Shown: positions 15,152-24,540 of the stretch, in pieces
How positions within the stretch are numbered: position 1 is the first letter of the stretch
Layout: every line of letters begins with the position of its first letter
Assembly (NCBI GenBank): GCA_041912375.1
Contig: JAYRNA010000002.1
Span: 2,226-66,225 of the forward strand
DNA from: Candidatus Saccharimonadales bacterium
GTDB taxonomy: Bacteria > Patescibacteriota > Saccharimonadia > Saccharimonadales > UBA4665
Length of the DNA stretch: 64,000 bases
Direction: 5' to 3'
Position numbers and translations under genes: made by a program
The notes under the pieces: generated by a model
The model's database searches: none
What the model saw: only the letters and a program-made list of their open reading frames with translations
Told to the model about the DNA's origin: nothing

Positions 15152-16747
15152 ATGAACCCAGCCGTCACACCTAAAAAGAAAAAACGAATCAGCATCGGCA
15201 ACGTCGCTGTTCTCTTGATGACGACCGCATTTTTGGGTCAATTGCTCGGTTTCCTGAGAACCAAGCTGGTCAATGCGAACTTTCCGGCCGTCGGTCCTCA
15301 CAGTACTGATGCCTACTTTGCGGCCTTTACAGTGCCCGATTTCTTTTTCTTTACGATAGCCGCCGGAGCACTGGGTGTAGCATTTATGCCAGTGCTATCA
15401 GATAGGATCCATCGAGGCACACGCAAGAGTGCCTGGGAGCTTTCAGCCTCACTGATGAATTTTCTGGCTATCATCATGGCTGTTGTCGGCGTTATTATCT
15501 TTGTTTTCGCCAAGCCGCTAATTCACCACGTGGTAGCCCCCGGGCTCAGCCCTGAACAGCTTGAAACGTCGGCAACCATTATGAGATTTTTGGCATTTAA
15601 CCCGTTCTTTTTCACAATATCCGGTGTCTTAACTAGCGTTCAACAGACCATGGGGCGGTTTTTTTTCTACGCCATAGCGCCACTTTTTTATAACCTATCG
15701 ATTATTGTTAGCATCTTCGTTTTCAAAGACAATGTTGGTCTTGTGGGCCTGGGGTTAGGCGCGTTCATCGGTTCCATTTTGCAGCTACTGGTTGTGATAT
15801 GCGGGCTTTGGAAAATGAACTTCCACTGGCATCCAAAAATTGTCAGCAAAGATGCAGAGTTTCACACCGTTTTACACAATCTGCCACCTCGTGCGCTTGA
15901 CCAAGGTATCGATCAGGTTGAAGGAATTGTCGAGACACACATTGCCAGTGGGCTTGGGTCAGGCAACATAACCTATTTCAACAACGCCTTTATTATCAGT
16001 ACGGCACCGATAATTTTGGTCGGAACAGCTATATCATCAGCCGCCTTCCCGCGGCTCAATGCTCGGTTAAGTCAAGGCCGACCTGATCTGTTTCGACGTG
16101 ACTTCCTGCAGGTTTTACGGGCCATGTTGTGGATTAGCGCGCCTCTGGTAGTGATCTGTTACTTTGCCAGAGGTTATCTAGCGCGCATGATTTACACTCA
16201 TGGCAATCAAAAAATCGCTACCATTTTCGGGTTTTTGACACTGGCCATCTTCTTCAGGATCATTTACTCGCTTATTTCGCGCTGGTTTTATTCTCAGAAA
16301 GACACTCGGACGCCGTTGTTTGTGTCGTTGTTCATTATCATGCTGAATGTTGTTTTAGCTTATAGTCTGGCACGGCCGGAGGTTTACGGTGTCGAGGGCC
16401 TGGCTATGGCCCAATCGATCGTTGCCATGACAGAAGTCATTATTTTGTCAATCATCATGCTTATCCGCGACCCTAAGCTGTTTGACGGACCATTTTGGGG
16501 TGGTGTCCTGCGGATTTTATCGGTTTCAGGCTTTAGCCTAGTGGCCTGCTTCATCATGATCTCGTTTTACCCTCTGGGGATTAATGACCGGGGTATTTTG
16601 ACGCTTGGCAGCAAACTCGCCTTGATCGCTGCCGCTACCTACAGCGTTCATATCGGATTTTCAGCTCTGTTTGGGCTCGACGAAGTCCAACCGGTTTTTA
16701 GACAAGCCCGTAAAGTTATACTTAAACCGATAAAGTTTGATTTATGA
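15152..16747 (+). CDS. murJ: Lipid II flippase MurJ (MviN family)
   Basis: LGFLRTKLVNANF...TDAYFAAFTVPDFFF...GALGVAFMPVLS parallels the MurJ N-terminal signature. About 14 TM. Confidence 0.75.
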   Translation: MNPAVTPKKKKRISIGNVAVLLMTTAFLGQLLGFLRTKLVNANFPAVGPHSTDAYFAAFTVPDFFFFTIAAGALGVAFMPVLSDRIHRGTRKSAWELSASLMNFLAIIMAVVGVIIFVFAKPLIHHVVAPGLSPEQLETSATIMRFLAFNPFFFTISGVLTSVQQTMGRFFFYAIAPLFYNLSIIVSIFVFKDNVGLVGLGLGAFIGSILQLLVVICGLWKMNFHWHPKIVSKDAEFHTVLHNLPPRALDQGIDQVEGIVETHIASGLGSGNITYFNNAFIISTAPIILVGTAISSAAFPRLNARLSQGRPDLFRRDFLQVLRAMLWISAPLVVICYFARGYLARMIYTHGNQKIATIFGFLTLAIFFRIIYSLISRWFYSQKDTRTPLFVSLFIIMLNVVLAYSLARPEVYGVEGLAMAQSIVAMTEVIILSIIMLIRDPKLFDGPFWGGVLRILSVSGFSLVACFIMISFYPLGINDRGILTLGSKLALIAAATYSVHIGFSALFGLDEVQPVFRQARKVILKPIKFDL

Positions 16748-16812
16748 TCTATTTGCTGCTATTGGCAGATAAACTTCGGTGAGCCGGCTAGCTTATTGGG
16801 CTAGTTCCCCGA

Positions 16813-16818
16813 TATACT
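16813..16818 (+). promoter_or_regulatory. -10 box (TATACT) 8 nt upstream of the lepA ATG (leaderless-type)
   Basis: The sequence is gaTATACTgtttagacATG, with no SD. Confidence 0.4.
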
Positions 16819-16826
16819 GTTTAGAC

Positions 16827-18605
16827 ATGACACAGACACACATTCGCAATTTTTGCATCGTTGCGCATATTGACCACGGCAAATCGACTTTGGCTGATCG
16901 ACTACTAGAGTTTACAGGTACGGTCGCCAGCCGCGATATGAAAGCTCAGCTACTGGACAAAATGGATCTAGAACGCGAGAAAGGCATTACCATCAAACTG
17001 GCACCGGTTCGCATGAACTATAAAAACTACCAACTAAACCTTATCGACACGCCAGGTCATGTTGATTTTAGTTACGAAGTCTCGCGAAGCCTTGAGGCTT
17101 GCGAAGGAGCGTTACTGGTTGTCGACGCTTCACAAGGTATCCAGGCTCAGACTCTAGCCAACGTCTACCTGGCTTTAGCAGCTGATTTAACTATTATTCC
17201 AGTGCTCAACAAGATCGATCTGCCGGCGGCTGATACCATGACCGTTGGCGCCGAAATTATAAGTTTGCTCGGCTGTAAATTCGAGGACATTTTACAGATA
17301 TCTGCCAAAACCGGTAACGGTGTCGAAACAGTTATCGATGCCATCATCGAACGAATGCCCGCTCCGGGGAAGTCCGAAACAGCCGAAACTAGGGCGCTGA
17401 TCTTTGATAGCTATTATGATGATTACCGAGGTGTAATTTTGTACGTTCGGGTTTTTGACGGTAGAATTGTTGAAAACGATAGCATTACCATGATGGCTAC
17501 CGGGGCCGACGGAATTGCCCTAGAGGTTGGTGCTTTGAAACCGGGAATGTCGGTTGGTCCTAGCTTGGGAACTGGCGAGATTGGCTATATAGTGACCAAT
17601 CTCAAAACAACCCGTCAGGCCAAAGTCGGCGATACTGTTACGCTGACAAGTCAACCTGCTGAGAAACCCTTGCCCGGATATCGTAATGTTCAACCTTTTG
17701 TTTATGCTGGCTTTTTCCCTGATAGTGGCGAGAACTATCAATTACTCAAAAGCGCTGTCGAAAAATTAAGCCTGAGTGATTCAGCTCTGCAATTTGCACC
17801 CGAAAACTCGCCGGTTCTCGGCTTCGGTGTACGTATTGGTTTCTTGGGACTGCTTCATATGGATATTGTTAGAGAACGATTGGAACGTGAATACAATCTA
17901 GAGCTAGTTGTTACTAATCCATCAACTGATTATCAGGTAACCCTGGTTGGTGGCGACACGATTGATATCAAAAGTGCCGCTGAACTGCCCGAACCAACTA
18001 AAATTGTTGAAATCCGCGAGCCGTGGATCACTGGTGAAATAGTCGTGCCGCAAGAGTATGTCGGCTCTGTCGTGCAGCTAATTAGCGCCAAAAGAGGCCG
18101 TCACAATAATATTGGTTATGTCGATCAGCGAGCATTGGTTGGTTTTGAGGCGCCGTTGGCGAATCTCCTGACCGACTTTTATGATCAGCTCAAGAGCATT
18201 ACTAGTGGTTACGGGTCATTCAACTATGAGTTAGACGACTATCGGGCTGAAGATTTGGTCCGGCTTGACTTCTATGTTGGTGGCAATATGGTCAGTGCGC
18301 TCAGTGTGATGGCGCATCGCTCAGAAGCTCAGAAGCTAGGCCGTGAAACTGTCGAAAAGCTCAAGGAAGTTATACCGCGCCAAAACTTCCAAGTAGCATT
18401 GCAGGCCGCTATCGGTGGAAAATTCATCGCCCGCGAAGATATCAGTGCCTATCGCAAAGACGTTACCACTGGACTGTACGGCGGTGACGTGTCACGCAAA
18501 AAAAAGGTTCTGGCCAAACAGACCAAAGGCAAAAAGCGCTTAAAGCGTTTCGGCAAAGTAGACATCCCAGCCGAAGCTTTCACTGTCATGCTCAAACGCG
18601 ACTAG
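16827..18605 (+). CDS. lepA: Elongation factor 4 (LepA)
   Basis: IRNFCIVAHIDHGKSTLADRLLE, DTPGHVDF and NKIDL are present, plus the LepA-specific C-terminus. The track ORF starts at 16779, but the ATG at 16827 (MTQTHIRNF) gives the canonical N-terminus. Confidence 0.97.
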   Translation: MTQTHIRNFCIVAHIDHGKSTLADRLLEFTGTVASRDMKAQLLDKMDLEREKGITIKLAPVRMNYKNYQLNLIDTPGHVDFSYEVSRSLEACEGALLVVDASQGIQAQTLANVYLALAADLTIIPVLNKIDLPAADTMTVGAEIISLLGCKFEDILQISAKTGNGVETVIDAIIERMPAPGKSETAETRALIFDSYYDDYRGVILYVRVFDGRIVENDSITMMATGADGIALEVGALKPGMSVGPSLGTGEIGYIVTNLKTTRQAKVGDTVTLTSQPAEKPLPGYRNVQPFVYAGFFPDSGENYQLLKSAVEKLSLSDSALQFAPENSPVLGFGVRIGFLGLLHMDIVRERLEREYNLELVVTNPSTDYQVTLVGGDTIDIKSAAELPEPTKIVEIREPWITGEIVVPQEYVGSVVQLISAKRGRHNNIGYVDQRALVGFEAPLANLLTDFYDQLKSITSGYGSFNYELDDYRAEDLVRLDFYVGGNMVSALSVMAHRSEAQKLGRETVEKLKEVIPRQNFQVALQAAIGGKFIAREDISAYRKDVTTGLYGGDVSRKKKVLAKQTKGKKRLKRFGKVDIPAEAFTVMLKRD

Positions 18606-18667
18606 AGGAGGTCTAGGGTTAGTAATGGTTTCTGAGTTACTTACAAAAGAAGTCATATGCGTAATAT

Positions 18668-19399
18668 ATGTCTAATTTGTCAATCGAGTACTTTTATTTT
18701 TTGCGGTTGACCGGCTACAATAGAAATGTGATAAAACATGAAAAACGTTCCTACAAAGACATCAAACCGAGTTCGGTGCGCGATCACGATTCCATTCTGT
18801 TTCTTATCTCACCTTCGTGGCTTAGTATTGTTGTCAGTGTCGTAGCTGGACTAATCGTGTCGGTCGGAGTTCTGATCGTCTTCAGCTTTCACCATAGTCA
18901 AGTGCAGCAACAACTGCTTATATTTCAAAACACCAAGGCCCAGACCGCTGTGACGCTGCCGGGCCAAGCTAGCGGTCCCAAAAACTCATTACAGAACACC
19001 TGGCCACTCCTTATATTTTGGTCTTTGCTTGGTTTGGCAGTTTATTTTGTGATTGAAGAATTGATCCGTTTGCTCCAGAATTTTGCCCAACTACGCCGCG
19101 AGCTTGATTATATGCCAGCTCAGCGCAACAAACTTTTGAAGTCAACTCTGGAGAGTGTTGCAGTTAGACTGGCGGCTGTGCTGCTCTGGATACTATATGC
19201 AGAACTTTTCTTCAAACGCATCATTCCCTACAGCATCACTGCTGCCAATGCCAGCGCGGCTGATTTTTTTAGTCTGGCCGGGATAGCCAGTATTATTTCC
19301 TCCTTTTTGTTGATTACGATCGGGGTTCATATTCATGTAATCTTCGCTCGAATCACCTTTCAGCGTACTCGACTTTTCTCGCGCGAAAGTTACATTTAG
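18668..19399 (+). CDS. Hypothetical membrane protein (about 4 TM)
   Basis: Hydrophobic segments; no recognisable family. Confidence 0.5.
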   Translation: MSNLSIEYFYFLRLTGYNRNVIKHEKRSYKDIKPSSVRDHDSILFLISPSWLSIVVSVVAGLIVSVGVLIVFSFHHSQVQQQLLIFQNTKAQTAVTLPGQASGPKNSLQNTWPLLIFWSLLGLAVYFVIEELIRLLQNFAQLRRELDYMPAQRNKLLKSTLESVAVRLAAVLLWILYAELFFKRIIPYSITAANASAADFFSLAGIASIISSFLLITIGVHIHVIFARITFQRTRLFSRESYI

Positions 19400-19459
19400 A
19401 GCGGACAATAATCTGGCACTAGGTTTGCTCTACTTTTTTACATCTGTTATACATGATGC

Positions 19460-20206
19460 ATGGACGCGGCAATTAAAAAACTTCTATCGTCTTACCAACC
19501 GAGTCCTTATGCTCTCGAGCTTATCAGGTCGACCCCGATATTATTTCTTGTCGGAACTTTCGGTGCAGGCAAAAGTCATCTCAAGGAAGAGTTACTTAGA
19601 ACTGGCAAGTATCACCACATCGTATCGCACACCACTCGTTCGCCTCGGATCAACCACGGCGTGCCAGAACAAAATGGTCGCGAATATTACTTTGTTGATA
19701 TGTCCATAATGCGTAAAATGCTTGAGAAACAAGCTTTAGTCGAGGCAAAACTGGTACACAAGAGCAATATATATGGTACCAGCGTAGCAGAGATTCAAAA
19801 GGCGCATGATGAGCACAAGATTGCCTTGACCGATATTGATGTGCAAGGAGTAGCTGAATATAAGTGCTTTGACAATAATGTTATGGCTGCTTTCCTGTTG
19901 CCACCGAACTTTGAAGTTTGGCAAGAGCGCTTACTAAGCAGGTATGGTGATAGCGTCGATCTTCATGACGTCGAGCAGCGTTTTCGGACTGCGCTTAAAG
20001 AGCTTAGGGAGTTAAGGACAACCGACCGTTACGCAGCGTTTATCAACGATGATCAGGAACAGACGTTAAAGCAAGTTGAGACTTATGCCAAGACAGGCAC
20101 GCTGGACCCGCGACAGCAGCGCAAGGCCCTGAATACTGCGAGTAAACTAGCCGAAGCCGCCAAAAAATATTTGAAAACGATAGAGGCTACCCAGAAGTTA
20201 AACTAG
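19460..20206 (+). CDS. gmk: Guanylate kinase (with C-terminal extension)
   Basis: GTFGAGKSHL (P-loop), SHTTRSPR...EQNGREYYFV, YGTS, DIDVQGV, LLPP and INDD are collinear with Gmk motifs. Confidence 0.75.
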   Translation: MDAAIKKLLSSYQPSPYALELIRSTPILFLVGTFGAGKSHLKEELLRTGKYHHIVSHTTRSPRINHGVPEQNGREYYFVDMSIMRKMLEKQALVEAKLVHKSNIYGTSVAEIQKAHDEHKIALTDIDVQGVAEYKCFDNNVMAAFLLPPNFEVWQERLLSRYGDSVDLHDVEQRFRTALKELRELRTTDRYAAFINDDQEQTLKQVETYAKTGTLDPRQQRKALNTASKLAEAAKKYLKTIEATQKLN

Positions 20207-20223
20207 CGCCGAATCAAACAGAA

Positions 20224-20250
20224 TTAGCACTCTTGACTAGTGAGTGCCAA
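20224..20250 (+). promoter_or_regulatory. CIRCE operator (HrcA binding site) upstream of hrcA
   Basis: TTAGCACTC-ttgactagt-GAGTGCCAA against the consensus TTAGCACTC-N9-GAGTGCTAA (1 mismatch). The spacer starts with TTGACT, a -35-like hexamer. Confidence 0.85.
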
Positions 20251-20317
20251 AACTGTAAGCTAGCCATAGAAGCCGTTAACATTTATTCCGAGAGGAACGA
20301 AGAGGAATTAAAATGGC

Positions 20318-21025
20318 ATGACAGAACGTCAGCAAAAAATACTCAGCGCTATCGTCGAGCAATATGCCGAAGTAGCTAGCCCGGTCGGCAGCACTCTGCT
20401 TGCCAAGGCATTTAATGTCAGCTCGGCTACCATCCGAGCCGAAATGGCTGACCTCGAGCGTATGGGCTATATCGGTCAACCACACACTAGTGCTGGCCGT
20501 GTTCCGACAGATAAGGGCTATCGATTATATGTTAATAATCTAACTGAAAATTCAGACCGTACCCTGCCTGAGCGTCGCGCCGAAAAAGCTTTAGCTTCAC
20601 GCGTCCATAACGCTGGTGCCCCGGAACGCATGATCCGCAACGCAGTCGATACACTAGTAGAACTTACACATAACTTGGGGTTAGCCACTATCGGCAATCA
20701 GTTATATATCAGCGGACTATCGAACTTATTTGGTCAACCAGAATTTATAAACGGCATGCAAGTGCAGCAAGTAGCTCAACTTCTTGACAATTTAGAGCCC
20801 TGGTTACGTGAAGCCGCCCCCAATGAACCACTTAGTGTCTACATCGGTCAAGAAAACCCCATTGGGCGATCAGCCGGCTGCACTTTAATTATCAGCAGTT
20901 TTCACAGTCCCTTTAGCGATCATAGCTATATCGGCACACTTGGTCCGACGCGACAAAGCTACAAAGACGTAATGAACCTGGTGTCGCGTGCTGGCCAAGA
21001 GCTCGAAGAGGTATTGTATGTCTAG
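20318..21025 (+). CDS. hrcA: Heat-inducible transcription repressor HrcA (short form, 235 aa)
   Basis: N-terminal wHTH (MTERQQKILSAIVEQYAEVASPVGSTLLAKAFNVSSATIRAEMADLERMGYIGQPHTSAGRVPTDKGYRLYV). The C-terminal GTLGPTRQSYKDVMNLV matches the conserved GPTRMdY motif. Confidence 0.9.
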   Translation: MTERQQKILSAIVEQYAEVASPVGSTLLAKAFNVSSATIRAEMADLERMGYIGQPHTSAGRVPTDKGYRLYVNNLTENSDRTLPERRAEKALASRVHNAGAPERMIRNAVDTLVELTHNLGLATIGNQLYISGLSNLFGQPEFINGMQVQQVAQLLDNLEPWLREAAPNEPLSVYIGQENPIGRSAGCTLIISSFHSPFSDHSYIGTLGPTRQSYKDVMNLVSRAGQELEEVLYV

Positions 21026-21257
21026 TGAGATATCAGCTGAGGAACAAGCTATTCACTATGCGACAAGGTTTATTCAACCCGTTATTGAGTCGCCCTTTAC
21101 AACTGATATTAAGAATGAGTTGGTGCTTCATATTGGCCAACAACTATACCAATGGGGCCTTAGTCAGCAATCGATAGTTGAGGGAACGAAGCGAGCAATA
21201 GTAATGTCTGATATAAGAGACAAAACTACTCATAGGGATACTAATGGCATCGGCTAA
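21018..21257 (+). CDS. Hypothetical small protein (79 aa) between hrcA and grpE
   Basis: Its ATG overlaps the hrcA stop (ATGTCTAG) and its end overlaps the grpE start by 14 nt, a translationally coupled layout. No family recognised. Confidence 0.4.
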   Translation: MSSEISAEEQAIHYATRFIQPVIESPFTTDIKNELVLHIGQQLYQWGLSQQSIVEGTKRAIVMSDIRDKTTHRDTNGIG

Positions 21258-21735
21258 ACCCAAAAGCACTAGTAGTAGAAGCAAAAAAATCGATACTGCA
21301 GCGCTACAACAACAATTGTCTGATCTGACAGTTGCCTTGCAGCGCGAGCGGGCCGATGTGATTAACATTCGACGCCGTCACGACGAAGAGATTACTCAGT
21401 TACGTCATAACGCCAGAGCCACTGTCATAACTGAGCTTTTGCCGGTGATTGATAATTTTGAGCGAGCAATCCAGCATATCCCAAAAGATATTGCCTCGAC
21501 TGACTTTGTCAAAGGCATACAGGCAATCGTCAAACAGTTCGAGAAGAGTTTGACAGATCTGGGCGTCAAGCGCATAAGTTCTGTTGGTCAGCCATTTGAC
21601 CCTGAGCTTCATGAAGCGGTTAGTGCCGAAGGCAGCGGCGAGGATCAAATTATTAGTCATGAGTTGCAGGCTGGTTATCAATTGAATGATACCGTTCTCC
21701 GACACGCGATGGTTCGCGTCAGAGGCGAGGGATAG
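21244..21735 (+). CDS. grpE: Nucleotide exchange factor GrpE
   Basis: ELLPVIDNFERA, and a C-terminal beta domain ...GYQLNDTVLRHAMVRV. Confidence 0.9.
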   Translation: MASAKPKSTSSRSKKIDTAALQQQLSDLTVALQRERADVINIRRRHDEEITQLRHNARATVITELLPVIDNFERAIQHIPKDIASTDFVKGIQAIVKQFEKSLTDLGVKRISSVGQPFDPELHEAVSAEGSGEDQIISHELQAGYQLNDTVLRHAMVRVRGEG

Positions 21736-21790
21736 CGCCGCTGGAGAAAAGCATTGACAACAAGACTCAAATATGTATAAAACACAACAT

Positions 21791-21829
21791 TTGGCACTCT
21801 TGACACCCGAGTGCTAGCTTAGATATACT
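21791..21829 (+). promoter_or_regulatory. Second CIRCE operator overlapping the dnaK promoter
   Basis: TTGGCACTC-TTGACACCC-GAGTGCTAG at 21791..21817. TTGACA (21800..21805) sits inside the spacer, with TATACT at 21824..21829 (18-nt spacing). Confidence 0.85.
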
Positions 21830-21878
21830 GACATCATAATGATTTATCGAGATGATATTTAAGAAAGGGTAAACAACC

Positions 21879-23813
21879 ATGAGTAGAATCATTGGAATCG
21901 ATCTTGGTACGACTAACTCCGCTATGGCGGTAATGCAATCCGGAAAACCGGAGATAATAGCTAATTCCGAAGGAAATCGTACGACACCCAGTGTTGTAGC
22001 AATCAATAAAAACAAAGAACGTTTGGTTGGCCAAGTTGCCCGCCGACAGCAAGTTACTAACCCAAAAAACACAATCTACGAAGTAAAAAGACTTATCGGG
22101 CGAAACTTTAATGACAAAGAGGTCCAACGCGATATCAAGCTAATGGGTTATGAAATTGTTAAGAGTGGTAACGCGACCAAAGTAAAGATGGGCGACAAAG
22201 AGTATAGCCCTGAAGAAATTAGCGCCATGGTCCTCGGTAAACTTAAGAATGACGCCGAGAGTTTTCTTGGTGCGCCAGTCACAGAGGCAGTCATCACGGT
22301 ACCGGCATATTTCGATGATTCACAGCGACAAGCAACCAAAGACGCTGGCAAAATTGCAGGTCTTGAGGTCAAGCGAATTATCAATGAACCAACTGCCGCC
22401 GCCTTGGCTTATGGACTCGACAAAGGCAGCAAGAAAGACGAGAAAATTGCCGTCTATGACCTTGGCGGTGGCACGTTTGATGTCTCGATCTTAGAGCTTG
22501 GCGACGGTGTCTTTGAAGTCAAATCAACCAATGGCGACACACATTTGGGCGGAGCCGACTTTGACCGAGTAATCATTAACTATTTTGCCGCTGAATTCAA
22601 AAAAGAACACGGTATCGACATCACTAACGATAATGCTGCAATGCAGCGGCTGCGCGATGAGGCCGAGAAAGCCAAAATCGAACTTTCGACTGCCCAAGAA
22701 GTTGATGTCAACCTACCTTTCTTGACGGCTGACGCCGAGGGGCCGAAACATTTTGAACATAAACTGACTCGAGCAAAGTTGGAAGATCTCGTGTCTGACC
22801 TAATCGACAAAACCGCCACACCGTGCGAGAAAGCATTGAAAGACTCAAAGCTTAAGGCCAGCGATATTGATGCCATTGTCCTGGTTGGTGGTATGACCCG
22901 CATGCCAGCCGTCCAGGAAAAGGTCAAAAAGATTTTTGGTAAAGACCCGATGAAAGGCGTTAATCCTGATGAAGTCGTCGCTATAGGTGCAGCTATCCAG
23001 GGGGGCGTGCTGCAGGGTGATGTCAAAGATGTGTTATTGCTTGATGTAACTCCACTAAGCCTGGGTATCGAAACCATGGGTGGAGTTATGACCAAATTGA
23101 TCGAGCGCAACACAACGATCCCGACTAGCAAGTCAGAGGTCTTTTCGACCGCTGCCGACAACCAACCACAGGTGGAAGTTCATGTCGGTCAGGGAGAGCG
23201 TGAAATGGTTGAGGGCAATAAGTCACTGGGAAGATTTATCCTTGACGGCATTCCGCCGGCACCGCGCGGCATTCCCCAGATCGAAGTCACCTTCAATATC
23301 GATGCTAACGGCATCTTAAACGTTACCGCCAAAGACAAAGGTACTGGCAAGGAACAGAGCATTACTATCTCAGGTTCTGGCAATCTCGATAAGACCGAGG
23401 TCGAGAAAATGGCTAAAGAAGCCGAGACACATGCCGAGGAAGACAAGGCCAAAAAAGAAATTGTCGAAGCTCGCAACTTGCTTGATAGCGCCGTCTATCA
23501 AGCTGAAAAACTCCAAAAGGACAATGCCGATAAGATTAGTGATGACGATAAGAAGACCTTGTCTGAGGCTGTCGAAACCGCCAAGAAAGTGATTGCCGAT
23601 GAAGCAGCCGACAAAGACGTGCTTGGTACGGCGGCCAAAGACTTGAATGACAAACTTATGCCAATAGGTGCTAAGTTGTATGAACAAGCTGATTCCAAGT
23701 CAGAATCGCCTGATGACAGTGATAAAAAGGATGATACTGCTCGCGACGAGCCGATTGAAGGTGAGGTCGTTGACGATAAGTCGACCGAGGAAAAAGACCA
23801 AAAAGCCAAGTAA
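21879..23813 (+). CDS. dnaK: Molecular chaperone DnaK (Hsp70)
   Basis: [10 protein letters not shown] and [10 protein letters not shown] are present, and Hsp70 collinearity runs the full length. Confidence 0.98.
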   Translation: MSRIIGIDLGTTNSAMAVMQSGKPEIIANSEGNRTTPSVVAINKNKERLVGQVARRQQVTNPKNTIYEVKRLIGRNFNDKEVQRDIKLMGYEIVKSGNATKVKMGDKEYSPEEISAMVLGKLKNDAESFLGAPVTEAVITVPAYFDDSQRQATKDAGKIAGLEVKRIINEPTAAALAYGLDKGSKKDEKIAVYDLGGGTFDVSILELGDGVFEVKSTNGDTHLGGADFDRVIINYFAAEFKKEHGIDITNDNAAMQRLRDEAEKAKIELSTAQEVDVNLPFLTADAEGPKHFEHKLTRAKLEDLVSDLIDKTATPCEKALKDSKLKASDIDAIVLVGGMTRMPAVQEKVKKIFGKDPMKGVNPDEVVAIGAAIQGGVLQGDVKDVLLLDVTPLSLGIETMGGVMTKLIERNTTIPTSKSEVFSTAADNQPQVEVHVGQGEREMVEGNKSLGRFILDGIPPAPRGIPQIEVTFNIDANGILNVTAKDKGTGKEQSITISGSGNLDKTEVEKMAKEAETHAEEDKAKKEIVEARNLLDSAVYQAEKLQKDNADKISDDDKKTLSEAVETAKKVIADEAADKDVLGTAAKDLNDKLMPIGAKLYEQADSKSESPDDSDKKDDTARDEPIEGEVVDDKSTEEKDQKAK

Positions 23814-23955
23814 TATACTCCATCAAAGAAAGGACTTATTTGGTCAATTGAGTGAAAGGGGGAAATATGGTTAGGAGGAGACTCGGTATGCGCTGTGCCA
23901 AGGGATTCTTAGGAATGGCTCAGAGTCAAAGAAGTATGCCTCCGGGAGGCACTGA

Positions 23956-24246
23956 ATGGGTGAATTGATTCGATTCCCCGGTCCGTCCCGGCCAGACCAA
24001 ATAGAGTTGGCCTCTTGTGACACAGACCTGGTAACCTTCTATCGGCTACGTTTAGAACCGGATAGCTTCAAAGAGGAGCTTTCACCTCGTGAAGAAATAC
24101 TGTCCGATTATGACCCGGAACTTTTAATGGACGAGATTAAGAGGGACTATGCCTTGAGCACGATAGAAGTAACGGAAGCATTTATAAGCTGTATCAAACG
24201 ACTCAAACCCGATGAAAAGTTTAGCAATCAAACTAGCAACGATTGA
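23956..24246 (+). CDS. Hypothetical acidic protein (96 aa) inserted between dnaK and dnaJ
   Basis: GGGAGG lies 7 nt upstream of the ATG. No family recognised. Confidence 0.5.
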   Translation: MGELIRFPGPSRPDQIELASCDTDLVTFYRLRLEPDSFKEELSPREEILSDYDPELLMDEIKRDYALSTIEVTEAFISCIKRLKPDEKFSNQTSND

Positions 24247-24258
24247 TAAGGTGAAACA

Positions 24259-24537
24259 ATGACAGGCGAAATAAATGTTGTAAATATTCATAAACCAGAA
24301 TCATCGATTAAGCTGCGTGAAGCAGCCAGCGACCCACTATTATTGAGATATGTTGAGGTTGAAAATAGCGACCAACGGGGCAGTCTTGACCATGTCGTCG
24401 GTGAAAATCTGTATAGCCAAGGACCAGATAGCCTTCACGCTCAACTCCAGTCGAAATTCGGGCTGTCCAAACGACAGGCAAGGATAGCTCACCGAATGTG
24501 TGATGACGATTTCTTGAGACGAACGGTAGAGAGCTAA
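24259..24537 (+). CDS. Hypothetical protein (92 aa) inserted between dnaK and dnaJ
   Basis: AAGGTGA lies upstream of the ATG. The stop is 3 nt before the dnaJ ATG. The C-terminal LQSKFGLSKRQARIAHRM looks helix-turn-helix-like, but this is unverified. Confidence 0.5.
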   Translation: MTGEINVVNIHKPESSIKLREAASDPLLLRYVEVENSDQRGSLDHVVGENLYSQGPDSLHAQLQSKFGLSKRQARIAHRMCDDDFLRRTVES

Positions 24538-24540
24538 TCA

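Noticed and set aside
16779-16826. N-terminal extensions proposed by the track for lepA (16779), yebC (33727), recA (44111), the zinc-ribbon protein (57920) and the GGDEF protein (26395).
   Set aside because: Internal ATG codons give the canonical family N-termini. They also remove overlaps or restore a proper RBS or -10 context.
19425-19709. 94-aa ORF overlapping the start of gmk in another frame.
   Set aside because: The gmk frame carries all the kinase motifs, and the alternative frame has no support.
20318-21257. hrcA might be a frameshifted gene whose C-terminus is the following 79-aa ORF (235 + 79 aa is close to the normal HrcA length).
   Set aside because: The 235-aa product already ends with the conserved C-terminal HrcA motif (GTLGPTRQSYKDVMNLV). 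The downstream ORF is therefore a separate gene, and HrcA is short because of an internal reduction.
22580-23161. 193-aa antisense ORF inside dnaK. Similar Ser/Ala/Leu-rich antisense ORFs occur inside rny (49228..49653), ftsH, the P-type ATPase and the giant gene (many between 4829 and 9827).
   Set aside because: These are mirror-frame ORFs of highly expressed or GC-skewed genes. They have low-complexity composition and no start context.
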